Assembly (NCBI GenBank): GCA_010405405.1 | Contig: MU004235.1 | Span: 510,538 to 574,537, forward strand | DNA from: Microthyrium microscopicum | Lineage: Eukaryota | DNA: 64,000 bases | Direction: 5' to 3' | Part shown: positions 1 to 13,662 of the stretch, in pieces | How positions within the stretch are numbered: the stretch's first letter is position 1 | How the letters are laid out: each line of letters begins with the position of its first letter | The notes under the pieces: generated by a model | Told to the model about the DNA's origin: nothing | The model's database searches: none | What the model saw: only the letters and a program-made list of their open reading frames with translations | Translations under genes and position numbers: made by a program

Positions 1-157
1 ATCCTTCTTCTTTATTACCTAGAGCTATAAGGACTCTACTAAGCTATTTATATTTATAATAGGTCATTATTAGTTAACCTAACTAATAACGCTTTATCCT
101 ACGTAGATATATCCTATTAGTAGTTATCTTAAACTAGAGGTATCCTAGTTCCTAATA
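1..157 (-). repeat. 3' LTR of Gypsy A (partial)
   Basis: Matches ~8512..8668 with mostly transition differences; ends CCTAATA (RIPed ...CA); followed by pyrimidine run (PPT on -). Confidence 0.9.
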
Positions 158-838
158 TTATCTCTCTTCTTAAGGCTATTTATTCTAAAGAGTATATTTA
201 AGAGTTCTAATAGATATTTCTTATACTTATATATAGCTTTTAACTATACTCTATTATACTAAGATTTAGAAGAGAATAAGGCTTAACTAAACGTATAGAA
301 TTAGGTCACTTATACCTTAGGAAGTCTTCTATAGCCTAGTAATATTCTTATTCTTTAGCTTTAGTATATTACTTATTTAAGATAGATAGCCCTCTATTTT
401 TTACTTACTCTAAATAAATAGCTCTCTATTTTTTACTAGTCTTAGGCTATAATTAACTATATTAACTTAAACTTAAAGGAGTCTAATTATTAAAATTAAA
501 TATATTAGTAAGATATTTAATAAGTAATTAATAGCTTTATTAGAGTCTTAATTAGTTAATACTAGCTTTATTAGAGCTAAATTAACCTATCTATAAATAT
601 AGTATAGTACTACTATTTATATTTAATTAGATCTTATTAAAATACTACTAGATAGTTATCCTATATATAGTATAAGTTATCTAGTTATTAAAATATATAT
701 AGCTTAACTTAGTTAGTTATACTATATTAGATATACTAAATTTATATTAGTTTAGTATAATTAGCTTTATAGTAGGTTAAGTAGCTATAACCTATATATA
801 AAACTACTCTATAAGCCTTATTTAGCTCTAGATTAGAG

Positions 839-900
839 GTATATTTTAATTTTATTTTATATTAAAAAGGGTTCTTAAAAGGGTACCCTTTATATACGTA
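839..900 (+). repeat. 62-bp direct repeat, copy 1, containing perfect palindrome AAAGGGTACCCTTT (878..891)
   Basis: Aligns without gaps to 2995..3056; 12 differences, 11 of them transitions (RIP-like). Confidence 0.9.
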
Positions 901-1210
901 TCTTAATACTTCTTATATCTAATTAAGAGTTGTTTTACGTTATTTATAGTAAGGTATTTAAATCCTTACTTAAAAGTTTAGAAACTCTAAGGTTAGGATT
1001 ATACTTTCCTATTTAGGAAGTTATAATCTTTCTAAGTACTTACTATACTACGTATAACTTCCTTTTACTATAAGAAGCTCTTATAGATCTTTACTAAGTA
1101 CTATTATATTAATACTTAGCTATTTTAGGAAGGTAGAGAGATTTAGGTATAAAATAACTCTTTTTACTCTAAATTCTCTATCTCTTATTCTTTATACTCT
1201 AAATCTTAAG

Positions 1211-2770
1211 GTAAGTAGAAATTCTATAGTTTTATAAATATATATAAAAATTACTATTACTAACCTATTTTGCGTTATAAGTCCCTCTTTAGTAATTATA
1301 AATTTTCTTTTCTTAATTATTAAGTTACTTAGTACCTTTTTAGGTTCTCTTAACCTATTTTAGTATACTTTATATCCTTCTAACCTTTAATAACTTATCT
1401 TAACTAATCTATATACTTTTAAATCTATCTTTATTTAAAGTAGGCATTAATATAAATAAGTTACTTAAAGATTCTATTAAAGGCTCTTAGGTCCTTACTA
1501 AGAACAATTTTAACTCTAGTAAGACTATAGTAACTATTCTTACTAATAATAATATTATTACGTCCTATAATAACTAAATCTTAACTACTAATATTATAGA
1601 CCTTATTAAAGTAGTCTCTAAAAATAAGATAGAGTAAGAATATGCTAATAAAAGTATTATAACCTTACTTAGCTTATTATAGTATTACTTAATCTTAAAT
1701 CCTTATTAGCGTTATATAGAGGTCTATATTATATATTTTCCTCTTTCTTTAACTACTAAACTTTACCTTATTCCTAACTTAGACTATTATTATACTTAGC
1801 AAGTTAGTTTAGATAAGTACTTTATTAAATACCTTAATATAAAGTTAACTAAAGATTATCTAAAAGTAATATCTTATTTTAGCTTATTTTATATTATATT
1901 ATACTAATATAAGTAGGTTATTCCTTATTAGAACTTTTATAATAAGGCTAAGCTTATCTTAGTTTATATTATAATTAATAAGGTTATTTATACTCTTAAG
2001 AATAATTCTTAAGATAAATTATCTTATAAGGATAAGTATATACTTTATAATAGCATTTAGTATACTTATAAATATATAGTAACTCTTTATAAGTTATAAG
2101 TACTTATTTTAACTAATTCTAGTCTAATTTTACGTATTTAGATACTAATTAGTTTATAATTATATATCTAAGTAGCTAGTAGCTAACTTCTTCCTATTAT
2201 ATTCTAGTATTACTAAGAGTAGCTTCTACGCAACCTACGTACTTATTAATTACTATATAGGTACTAAAGCTATCTAAAAGCTAGTAGATAATAGCCTTTT
2301 AAAATTAAAAAAGCGTATTATAGCTTATTTAGCTTTCTTAGGCACTAATATCTAATTCTATTCTCCTAAGCGCTTTAAGTGCTATAATATGCTATATTCC
2401 TAGCGTTAAAACTTCTACTATATTATTAGTCCTTAAGGACCTAACTTATCTTAAGTAAGTCTTTTTATATTTATAATAAGTTACTTTGCGTCTAACTATC
2501 TTATAGTAACTTACTAATATTAAGAATAATCTAAGTAGCGTTCTTATAAACTCTTAAGCGCTTCTTAAGTACTATAAGGCCTATCTTAGTACTTTTAAGC
2601 GCTAAGAGGTTAAGGCTTATATTAAAAAAACTATTAAGGCCTTCTATAAGAATAATTATACTAATAAGGACTATTCTAAGGTTAAGGCTATAGGTTCTAC
2701 TATAAAAAAGCGCAAGATAGGCTAGGTAGCTTTTTCTTAAGTTAAAATAAGGTTAGATAGGTTATCTTAA
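1211..2770 (+). pseudogene. RIP-degenerated intron-containing gene of unknown function, antisense to Gypsy A pol (boundaries approximate)
   Basis: Plus-strand intron-like units with GT / CTAAY branch / AG at 1211..1281, 1866..1916, 2134..2207 and 2455..2506. Intervening frames are broken only by occasional TAA/TAG (as expected from RIPed CAA/CAG/TGG). Frame is preserved across the 2455..2506 intron. Confidence 0.6.
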
Positions 2771-2994
2771 GTCTTTTAGAATTTAGTATTATCTATACTT
2801 AGCCTTAATTAGCTAAGTAGGGCTATTTCTTATTATATTAAGTTATTTTATATCCCTTAAGGACAAGTTAGTTAGTAGATACCCTTCTAAGACTTCCTAA
2901 GAATAAGTTCATTAATAGATACCCTTATAGAACTATTATATAGCTAATTTAATTCCTAGTTAGAAATTACTTATTCTTTTATATATTTTCTAAT

Positions 2995-3056
2995 ACGTAT
3001 TTTAATCCTATTTTACGTTATAAAGGGTTCTTAAAGGAGTACCCTTTATATATATA
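2995..3056 (+). repeat. 62-bp direct repeat, copy 2
   Basis: Ungapped match to 839..900 at offset 2156; retains GTACCCTTT core. Confidence 0.9.
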
Positions 3057-6000
3057 TAAAGACTTATTTTGCATATTATTCTAAGTTTTTTTATATATTT
3101 ACAACTTAGTAGTTTTCTTATATATTTATTATCTAGCACTATTTTTAAGTCACTTTAGATTAATTTATTATAATATACGTATAAGAGAATTAATTTAGAT
3201 TCTAATTAGTAAGAAAATTATAAAGTAACTATTCTTCTTCTTTTAAAAGCTTATCTTAAGTCTTTTAAGTCTTTTTTAGCCTTCTTAGCTATCTTTTTAG
3301 TCTTATAAGGTTAAGATCTATTAACCTATCTATAATATTATCTAAATACGTTATTTCGTATTTAATTGCTCTTCTAATTATACTTATTACTAGTACAATA
3401 CCCTTCTTAGTTAACTTTACGTAATAGCGTTTTAAAGTAGTTAAAGAAAAGTTAGCTATAGGCTTTTAAGTTAATTTAGACTTTAGGTAATCTTTCTATT
3501 TTATAAGGTAGTAGTATTTATTCCTTTTATCTACTATATGCTTTATTACCCCCTTTATATTATATATATTTAGGTCTTCTAAGTTTAAAGAATCCTATAG
3601 TAATATAGACTTCTATAGAAAGTAGAGGTTTAACTTATATAGCTTTAATAGAAAGATATAGAATATATTATAAACTTATATATTTTTTAGGAAGTTAAGC
3701 TAATAAGTATTAGCGTTTATAATCTCTATAATCTTAAAGGAGCCTATATATTTAATATTAAGCTTCTTCTTAATATAAGTAGTCTAAATATTCTTTATAT
3801 TAAGTAGGACTTAGTTATTAATATTTAAATAAATATCCTTTTTCCTTTTATTATACTAGTTAGCCTAATATAGCTATACTTTAGCTAATTTATTCCTTAT
3901 TACGTATTATAAAGATAAAATATAGTTTACTATCCTTTTAGCGTTAGGTATAATACTTTTTAATAACATTTTAGCTAATTTAGGAGTATAGAGGTTCCTT
4001 CTAGTATATATAATAAAAAGAGTAACCCTAGTTAATAAGTAAATACTATTATTATAGTTAAACTTAGCTAAACTAAGCTATCTTGCCTAATTATCCTATT
4101 CTTAATACCTATAAATCTATAGGTAGTACTTAACCTCTTAGTTTAAGTACTTTATTTAACTATTAGTTTATAAGTAGAATACTATTAAGAGCTTTCTAAA
4201 GATAGAAAGGTAATAAAGGAACGTTTTCTAATACTTAGAAATAAAGAGAAGTCCTTAATTAAATATAATAGTATAAAGTATACTATATAGGTATATAACC
4301 TTTTATAAAAAGATCTTAATAAGATCTTTTACGTTTATATTCTTTCTTATTAGGACATAGTAGACTATTTTAGTTAATTTATTAATAACTACTATAATAA
4401 AGTTATAGATTTAACTATTATAGATACTTAGAGGTAAATCTATAATAAAATCTATAGTAATATCCTTTTATAGTATTTCTAAGACTAGTAAGGCTATTAG
4501 TAACCCTTTCTAAGCCTATCTAATAGATTTATTACGTTAGTAGTTAAGATAAACTTTATAATAGTCCTTAACATCCTTCTAGATATAGTCTTAAGTATAG
4601 TAGCGCTTAATCTTCTTAAGTATCTTCTTAGACTCCTTATAACTACCCTCTATAGTATTATTATAAAACCTTTATAGAATTTTCTTCTTTTATAACTCTT
4701 CCTTAATAAAAATAAGATTTCTACTTATCTATTTAGCTTTGTTTAAGTTATTCTTAGCTAGAAGTAGTTTATTAATAGCTAAAATCTTACTAGAGCTTAT
4801 TTTTAAATACTTTTAAGTCTTAGTAGGCTTATCTTAACTCCTCTTAAGTTAGTTTATAGTAAGATACTATATATTAATACTAATATATATAATAATAGAG
4901 TTTATAAGTCTAATAGCATTAGTTTTAGCTATAGGAGTATTATTAAGCTATAACTTATTATAAAGCAAATTAAGTAATACTTCTATAGTCTTTTTCTATT
5001 CTCTTTAGCCCTCTTTAATATAGTCTAAATATCTTAAGAGTCTATTAGCTAGATTTATCTTACCTAGGTAGTACTTAATATTAAAATTATATTCTAAGAG
5101 TAAATCTACCTACCTTGTATATATTAATAATATTTTTAATATTATTTTAAGTAATTTAAGATTTATATAGTCTATTAAGACTTAAAATTAGTCTAGTAAG
5201 CCTTATAAGTACTTTCTAAATACTTTTAAGGAATCTATAATTACTAAAAACTCTTATTATAGAGTTCTATAGTAGCTCTCTAGTAGAGATAATTTTTAAG
5301 AATAGAATATAATAGGTTTCTATAGGCTATCTTAGCTCTTATTATACTATCTTTAGCTTAATATCTTATAAATTGCCCTTCTAAAGGTATTAGTCTCTAA
5401 CTATATAGAAAGTATAAAGTTAAAATAAGCTAAAATTAATATATTTATAAAAGAATCTTTTAGTTTATTAAAAGAATCTAAGGCGTCTAGTAGTAATTTA
5501 ATATTTATAGACTCCTCTTACTATAGCTTTAAGCCTTTTAGAGCCTAACCTAGTTCTTTCTAAGTTAAGGCGTTTAGTAGTATAATAATATAAAAGAATC
5601 TAGTAATAAACTAATAATAATAGTTTATAAAGCTAATAAATTCCCTTACTTAGTATATATTATATAGTTTTAGCTAATCTAAATATATATTAACTTATAA
5701 CTAATCTATAGTAGTACTATCTAGAATTATAATATAATCTAGATACTCTATACTACTAGTATAAAACTTATACTTAAATAGTTTTATATATAAATAATAC
5801 TTTATAAGTTATTATAGGACTTCTTAGATATCTTTAATATATTACTCCTTAGTTTTAAAGTAAATAAGGATATTATTAAAGTAAATAATATATATTACGT
5901 CTACTAAGCCTTTTAATACTTAGTTAATATATACTTAGAAGGCTATAAAAGTATTTATAAGTCTAAATAAGACTACTATATACTTAAATATCCTATATTT

Positions 6001-8440
6001 AGTTCTAAACGTAGTTTTCTACTTATTACTATCTTTAATACGTAAATAGTAGTAAGCTTTATATAAGTTAAGGCTAGTAAAAAACTTAGCGCCTTAAAGT
6101 CTATTTAATAACTCTTTAATAAGAGGTAATATATACTAATTCTTAATAGTAATATTATTTAGGCCTTAGTAGTCTATATAGAGTTATAATATCCTATCTT
6201 TCTTCTTTATAAAGAAGATAAGGGCTCTAGTAAAGGATCTTAACTTCTAAATCTAACCTTTTATAAAGTAAGTATCTAAGTACTTATATAGAATAACTAA
6301 CTTAGCCTCTAAAAAGCTATAAATAAGTCTATATAGTACTATAGCGCTTAGCTCTAAGTTAATCTTAAGGTCTTATAGACTATATTAGGCTAGTTTAAAT
6401 ATATCTTATTTACTAAAAGTTTTAGCAAACTATAAATACTTACTTAGAAGCTCTTTTATAGATAAATTTAAGTCTAGTAATCTAATTAGATAATTAAATA
6501 GTTAGGATAAACTATCCTAAGCTAACTTAGAGAACTTATTAGTATTTATAGTCCCTATTTTACTATAAAAGCTACTAAAAGGTTACTCCTACGTAAAAGT
6601 CTTATTCTTAAAGTCTAGAAGAGGATTCTACTTCTCTAACTAGAGTATTTCTATAATAATAGGGTAATATAAGGAGTCTATAATATAAAATAACCCTATC
6701 CTAGTTTTAAAAAGGCTATTTAAGTTAACTACTATTACTATAGCTTCTATAACTTTATAAATTTATATAAAAATACTATTTAGGTATATTATAAGTATTT
6801 TAAAAAGGAGAGTAATATAGAGCTAAAGTCTTTTAGCTAGCTTAACGTTTATAATATTAAAGTATAACTTATAATTAACTATAATATCTAAGAATAGAGC
6901 TTCTTAGCCCTTATTATTCCTTAGACTCCCTTATAGGCATATTTACTTTAACTTTAGTCTTATAAAGTCTACCTTACTAAGTAAGTTATTATTCTTAGCC
7001 CTTAATATCTCTAGGACATATATAATAATAGTCTTATAAAGCTATTTAGCGCTAGGCTAGGCTATCTTATTAATAAGAGAGGCTACTAAGTCTTAGTCTA
7101 TAACTTTATAGCCTTATCTTTCCTTTATAGCTTAGAGTATTCTATTTTAAAATAGAGTTTACTATATTTAAAGTATTTAACCTTTTTTAGGTTAGACTCT
7201 AGCAAAATATCTATATTCTAAGTTATTTTAGGCGTAGTCTATTCTACCTTACTATTCTTTAAAGAGTAGAAGGACTTTCTAGATATTCTTAGCTCTTTTA
7301 AGCCCTTCTTATACTTATATTTATCTTCTAAGGAATATAAGCATTATTTTAAGAAAGGTTATCTTAGGTTTACCTTTTTAGGAGTAGAATAGGTCTTAGC
7401 CTCTATAGAACTAAGAGTCTAGTATAAGTTAGCCTTTTTAAGGGCCTTTTTAACTATAGTAGTAGTAAACTTCTTATTAAAGAGAATCTTCTTCTATATA
7501 TTTTTAAGAAAACCCTTATAGAACTAAAAGAAGTAACCCTTTTAATTATTATACTCCTATTCCTTCTATAACTTAAAAAGGTTATTATAAAGCTCCTAAG
7601 GATGATATTAACCTAATTTAACTATCTAGAACTTCTTAAAAGTAATATATTCTTACTTTATAGGGTAACCTAAATAGCTTAGTATATAGTCTTAGACTAC
7701 TTACTATATCTTTTAGAATCCTAAGTCCTAAGACTCTTTATAGAAAATAAGATTATTTAATTCTATTTATAATAGCTCTTTCTTAAGCTAATTACGTCTA
7801 TAAATATACTAGTAGAGTTACTAATTATAAGTACTCTCCTAATAAAAAGGTTTAATAAACTTCTATTTAATATTATTAATCTAGGATATATATTCTTAGA
7901 GACTCTTCTCTTTATAAAGCTCTATCTTAGGCCTATCTTAGTTTAAAAGTCCTAAGAGGGCAAAAGCTTAGCTTAAAAGACGCTAATTAAGTCTTATTAT
8001 ATTAACTTAGCTAAAGTTCTTTAACTCTTAGGTAGTTTTAAGCTTACTAGACTAAATTACCTAAGCTTTTACTATTAGCTCTTATATCTTAAGCTCTAAC
8101 TTTTTTTTATTAATAAGCGTATTAAGTTCCTCTTTATAGTACGTTATAAAGTTATTTTAAGTCTCTCTAGGCCTAGGTAAGTTAAGATTAGCTAATTTAA
8201 TATTAGATAGGTCTAATAGACCTCTAAATATATTAGTTTAGAGCATAATAGGTACTAGTAATCTTTAGCCTAATAGTTAAGGCTACCTAAGTTCTATCTA
8301 GGCGCTAAGGTCTAAATATCTACTATTAGACATAGTTTCTAATTAAATAAAAGATAAAAATAATTTCTTTAAGTACTTAAGGGTTAAAAAGTAATTATTA
8401 TATTAAAAATAGGTTATTCTAAGTAGGTAAAGACTATAAT

Positions 8441-8668
8441 TATTACGATTTAAGTAAATACGTAAAAATAAGGATAAGAGTAATTGCTAGGAAGTTACTT
8501 AGATCCTTACAATCTCTCTTCTTTATTACCTAGAGCTATAAGGACTCTACTAAGCTATCTATATTTATAATAAGTTATTATTAGTCAACCTAACTAATAA
8601 TGCTTCATCTTATGTAAACATGTCCCATTAGTAGTTGTCTTAAACTAGAAGTGTCCTAGTTCCTAATA
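8441..8668 (-). repeat. 5' LTR of Gypsy A (~228 bp)
   Basis: Starts TATTACGA (TG>TA), ends TCCTAATA (CA>TA), forming short terminal inverted repeats; distal part matches 1..157. Confidence 0.85.
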
Positions 8669-11600
8669 ATAATATTTAAAAGTCTTTAGAACTATATTAC
8701 TAATATCTTTAAGGCTTAAGATATACTTTAAGCACTTTAGAAAGGTATTTATTTTTCCTAAACTAGTATAATCTTAAAGCTAAATAAAGAATTTAATACT
8801 TTAAGAAAGGAGTATAAATAATAAGAACTATAACTCTAGCTAACTTACTAAATATTCCTTTAAAGAGAAAGTTCCTTTTACGATAAGAATAGAATCTTTA
8901 AGAAATAGCTTATAAATACTTTTATAAACGTTACTTAAGCTTCTTGCCCTAGTACTTAAATATAGTTTACTTATTATTATATAGAAGATAAATAACTTAC
9001 TCTTTTAGAATATATTAAGAAGTATTAGACTATCTATAGTAAGAAAACTATATTAGTATTATAATCTAGTATTACTTTTACTACTATCCTTAATAAAAAG
9101 ACTTAGGAAAAGATATCTTAACCTAAGAAGACTTCCTTAAATACTAATATTTATTAACTTTCTTTAATATCTAGATTATAAAGTTCTTAGAAGAATAAAA
9201 AGATAGTTCTTTCTTACCTCTATAGTAAGACAAAATACTATAATAATTATTTCTATCTTTAACTTAATAAACGTCTAAATGAATAGTATCTTAACCCTAA
9301 AGTAGAAGTAAAAATTAAGGAAAGCCTTAAAAATTCTTAGCTTAAAGTAAAAATTAATTATATCTTTAAAATAAGTTATAATTAAGAGCGTAGTAATAAT
9401 AACTAACTACTTAAAATAATTAAATATATAAGTATTAGAATAGTAGTTATAAAAGTTATAATATCTATAGTAGTTAAGATATCTTCTAATAGAAGGTTTA
9501 TTCTTAATTCTAAAGCAAATATATATATTTATAATAATAGATCCTATTTTAAGATATATAAGAGTATTCCTAATTCTTTAATTCATAGTAAGGTCTCTTT
9601 ATAAGTTATAGGATATAGTAATATAAATATTACTATCTTAAGCTCTAAAGAATACTAAATAGTTACTCTCTATAATATTACTTATATACTTAGCTTTTAT
9701 AAGAATCTAGCTTCCTATTATAAGATAAAAGCTATAAGATATTACTAGAATGATAAAATAGGCTAAATTAGACATATTAAAATAGAAAAGCTTCTAATTA
9801 AGATTATCTCCTCTAATATTTACTTCTTCTTTAAAAATAATCTTTACTATACCTTTCTTATAATATTATTACTTCTTTATACTTCTATAGCTTCTATATC
9901 TAAATAGCACTAATAAATAGGTTATATTAGTAAAGCTATAGTATCTTACATAGAATACGCTACTAAAGATATAAAAATTACTCTAAACGTTACCTCTTCT
10001 AAAGATACTAAAAATAATAACTATTTCTATAAAATCTATATCAAAATAAAGTAAAAGAAATAGATCTCCTATTAACTAATAGATTTAGGCTTAAAGCCCT
10101 TTAAGAAGCTTTATATTAATCTAATTTAAGTTAAGAAAAGCTATAATAATAATTACTAAATTATTTACGCTTACTATACTATTATAAAGTTTTATTTATT
10201 AGAAATACTTCCTTAGAAGATATAAGAGAATTATATTTAATTCCTACGCTACGTGCTTACTATTATTAAGAATATAGATTATAAAGTAAGTAATATTAAA
10301 TATAAAGTTCTTTAAATCTATAAAAATTATAAAGCTATAATAAATAAGAAGTAGAATAATAAGATCTAGCTAAATAGTATTATTAAAGAACTATCTATAC
10401 TCTATACTACTTTATAAAATAGTCTTATAGAAGTATTAGGACAAATTCTAATATCTATTATAAAGGCACTAAAATAGTATAGTAGCCTTCTAGATATATT
10501 ATAGCTTAAACTTACTTACTTAGTAGTATATCTACTTAATAGGATCCTAAAGAAGTAGCTAAACTAGAGAATACTCTTTAAAATAGTATTTAAATAAGTG
10601 CTAGATCTCTTATTAGTCTAAATTATTAGCTTAAAAGCCTATATTTATAATCCTAATATTCTAAAGCTTAAGAAGCTTTAATCTTGCTTAATTAAAGGCT
10701 AGCTAATAGGTTATACTAGAAGTAATATCTTTAGAGTCTAGATTCTTTTAAATAATCGTATTATTAAAGCATAAAATATTATAATTAATAAAACTATTAA
10801 ATTTAATACTACTATACTTACTATAATTAATAACTAATCTACTAACGCACTCCTAGATACGCTACTTTCTTATCTTAAAATAAATGTTAGTAGTAGTATA
10901 TTTAATCTATAAGAAGCTAAATAATAGCCTAATTAAAATTAGGGAGTATAGAATACTTAATAATAAGAACAAGATAGCTATTAGACTTCTAAAAACAATT
11001 CTAATTAACCTATATTTAATAACTAGCTAATAATGCCTAATTCTATATTATTACTACTATCTTAGCCTTCTTTATAATATCTAATACTTTCTATAAGTCT
11101 ATTACCTACTTAAGATTATACTAAATTAAGAAAGAATACTTTAGAAGATCTTACTCCTATAATTTTATTAGTACTATTACTAGCTACCTTAATAACTTAC
11201 CTAAAATAGTAGTATATTACTAAGTATAAATAAGAGATCTAAGCCTTCTAAAATGTTTCTATATATGCTATAAGAAGTAGTTATATCTTATAATCCTTAA
11301 GGACTACTAATCTAGTACTCTATAAACTTTACTTCTTTACCTTATTATATTATATATTCTCTATAGCTTTAGTTTAATGCTACTATAAAAGAGATATACT
11401 AGAATTACTAAAAACGTAGTCTAAAATAATAAAATACCTTAATTAAGACTAGTATCTTTTAGCTACTAGAATTAAAATTAAAATACTTTAAGAATAAGGT
11501 ATATTTAAAGAAGTCTATACTTCTTAAACTAATAAGCTTATTCTATTCTTAAAGTAGGTATTCTTAAAGAAGTATAATTTAAATAGTTTCCTTCTTAAAT

Positions 11601-13318
11601 ATAAGGCTAGAATCTATATAAAAAGAAATCTATAGTACTAAAATTTAGAACTAAAGATTTATACTACTACTAGAGCTTATTATATATTATATATAATTCT
11701 TATACTAATAGCTACGTTTAATCTAGATCTTTACTAATTTAACGCTATAAATACCTTCTTAAATACTATTCTAGATAAAATAGTTTTAGTTTAATACCCT
11801 AAAGGCTTTAATATCCTTAGAAAGATCTTACTACTTTACTATACCTTCTACAAACTACTAAGATCTTTATTACTATAATATTAGAATATAAGAGCTATCT
11901 TCTATATAATAAAGTTTAAGCCTATTCTAAAAGACTCTTACCTTTTTAAATATATTTAGTATTCTATCTTTCTCTTTTATTATATTAATAACTTTCTCCT
12001 TCTCTTACTAAAAGCATATTAAGTAGAAGCAAATAAGATAAAATATAAACTTAGTACGTATTATACTATAAAGGATTTAGATACTCTAAAAAGCTTCCTT
12101 AATATTTAAATACTTTAAGATTAAGCTAATTAAAAGCTCTAAATCTTATAGAACTAGTATATTAATAAAATTAGTACTAAATTCTAGCTTAATATTATAA
12201 AGAAGACTAAATATGTTATTCCTATCTTAAATCTTATTAAACTTATTCTAAATAAAGAATAGGTATCTAAAGATTAGATCTACGCTTTCTAAATACGTTA
12301 TAGCTCTATAATCTACTCTATAATAGTATATAGGCTAGATATCTATTATATAGCTTCTTATTTAAGCTACTTTAACTAGAATCCTTCTAAGCTTTACTAC
12401 TATAAGATTAAGAAAACTATTCTATATTTTTAAGTAATAAAATACCTTATACTTAAGTATTATAAAACTACTAAAGTACCTACTACTAGTAAAGAAGTAT
12501 TTCTTATAGCCTATAATACTATATTTATAAATAATTAGGAGACTTAAAGATTAACCTAAGGCTTCTTATTTAACCTATTTAGAAAACCTATTAGCTAATA
12601 ATCTTTACGCTAAAAGATAGTCTTAATATCTATAATAGAAGTAGAACTTCTATCTTTCTTAAACGCTTTAAAAAAGCTAATCTTAATCTAACGCTTCTTT
12701 TTATAGCTTAAGTTTAATCCTAATATTAAAATACTAATATTAAATAATAATACCTAAATAGTAGGTATTATAATAAAGTAGGCTTAGCTTTTATCTTCTA
12801 GATTAAAATACGTTAATATATATTAGTTCTAGTTTTGTTAAGAAGTTATAAAGGGCTATATCTTTATTAAATAGATTCTTATAGGCAAGATACTAGTAGA
12901 TAGTTTAATAAAAGCTCTCTCTCTATAAGAATATAAGAAGTTTAGAAAGATACTAAATTTAGTAAATATAAAGTACTTAGTACTAGCTTAGGAAAATTCT
13001 TCCTAAAATACTATAAATACTTTTACTATTACTATAAATTACTAAATCTCCTATATTTTTATATAAGCTAAATCTCCTATACTAGGGCTACTTAATAGTA
13101 TTCTTTATTTCCTATTTTAACTAGTTTTAATATTTTAGTAGCTTAGTCTTAGAAAACTTAAAAATTAATATTTCTTTATACTTAATACTAAGTATATCTT
13201 AAAATCTATAAGTTAGAAACTTAGAGGGTATAATAGAAAGTTTGTTCTAAACCTTAGATTTATGCTAGTCCTAATCTAGGATTAGGAAGTAGAAATACTA
13301 AAATTTAGCCTCTATTAG
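8669..13318 (+). mobile_element. Ty1/Copia LTR retrotransposon (RIP-inactivated); gag-pol remainder and first part of 3' LTR
   Basis: Copia order PR-IN-RT-RH on +. Protease FILNSKANIYIYNN (~9497, cf. ILDSGA). Integrase PFKKLYINL (~10097). RT LK*VFLKKYNLNSFLLKYKARIY (~11550), FNAINTFLN and YINN (YVDD) at 11981..11992. RNaseH KYVNIY / DSLIKAL (~12826..12920). PPT ~13221..13228; LTR starts TATAATA at 13229. Confidence 0.92.
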
Positions 13319-13545
13319 TGTAACGAGCTGCGGAACTCAGAGCAAGCAGATAATTAGATTATATTCTAGAATCTACGAACGAAAGAGAGAGAGAAGAAGA
13401 TCTAGAAGAGCTATAGATCTATAAGGGAAGTAAGTCTGCTTAGTAAATCCTTAGGCGTGCTAACCCCCTTAGGTCTAGTGCGTAATCTTATAATAAGATC
13501 TCTCTTATAATATTACTATAAAGCTTATAAAGAGGAATTATTATA
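13319..13545 (-). repeat. 3' LTR of Gypsy B
   Basis: Same length as, and co-linear with, 20747..20973; begins TGTAACGA. Confidence 0.95.
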
Positions 13546-13622
13546 TAACCCTCCTCTTTAGTATAGCTCTCTAAGCTATAGATTGCTAATTATATCTACT
13601 TTCCTAATTTATTTTATTCTAA

Positions 13623-13662
13623 TCTAGTCTAGTCTAGTCTAGTCTAGTCTAGTCTAGTTTAG
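13623..13662. repeat. (TCTAG)n pentanucleotide tandem repeat in the 3' UTR of Gypsy B
   Basis: About 7 perfect TCTAG units plus a degenerate TTTAG unit. Confidence 0.9.

Larger units (their letters stand above)
1..8668 (-). mobile_element. Ty3/Gypsy chromovirus A (RIP-inactivated; 3' LTR truncated by window start)
   Basis: Direct-repeat LTRs at <1..157 and 8441..8668. PPT at 158..170 (AGAAGAGAGATAA on -). Minus-strand RT reads FIKKKDRIL*LYIDY*GLNNITIKN...KTTFRTKY...IYFNNILIY (YLDD>YFNN at 5872..5883). Chromodomain-like YLIK*KDY..SKLT*KP at ~3420..3560. Confidence 0.93.

Noticed and set aside
13623..13662. Regular repeat as CRISPR or telomeric array
   Set aside because: Simple 5-mer tandem without spacers, not TTAGGG; eukaryotic context.
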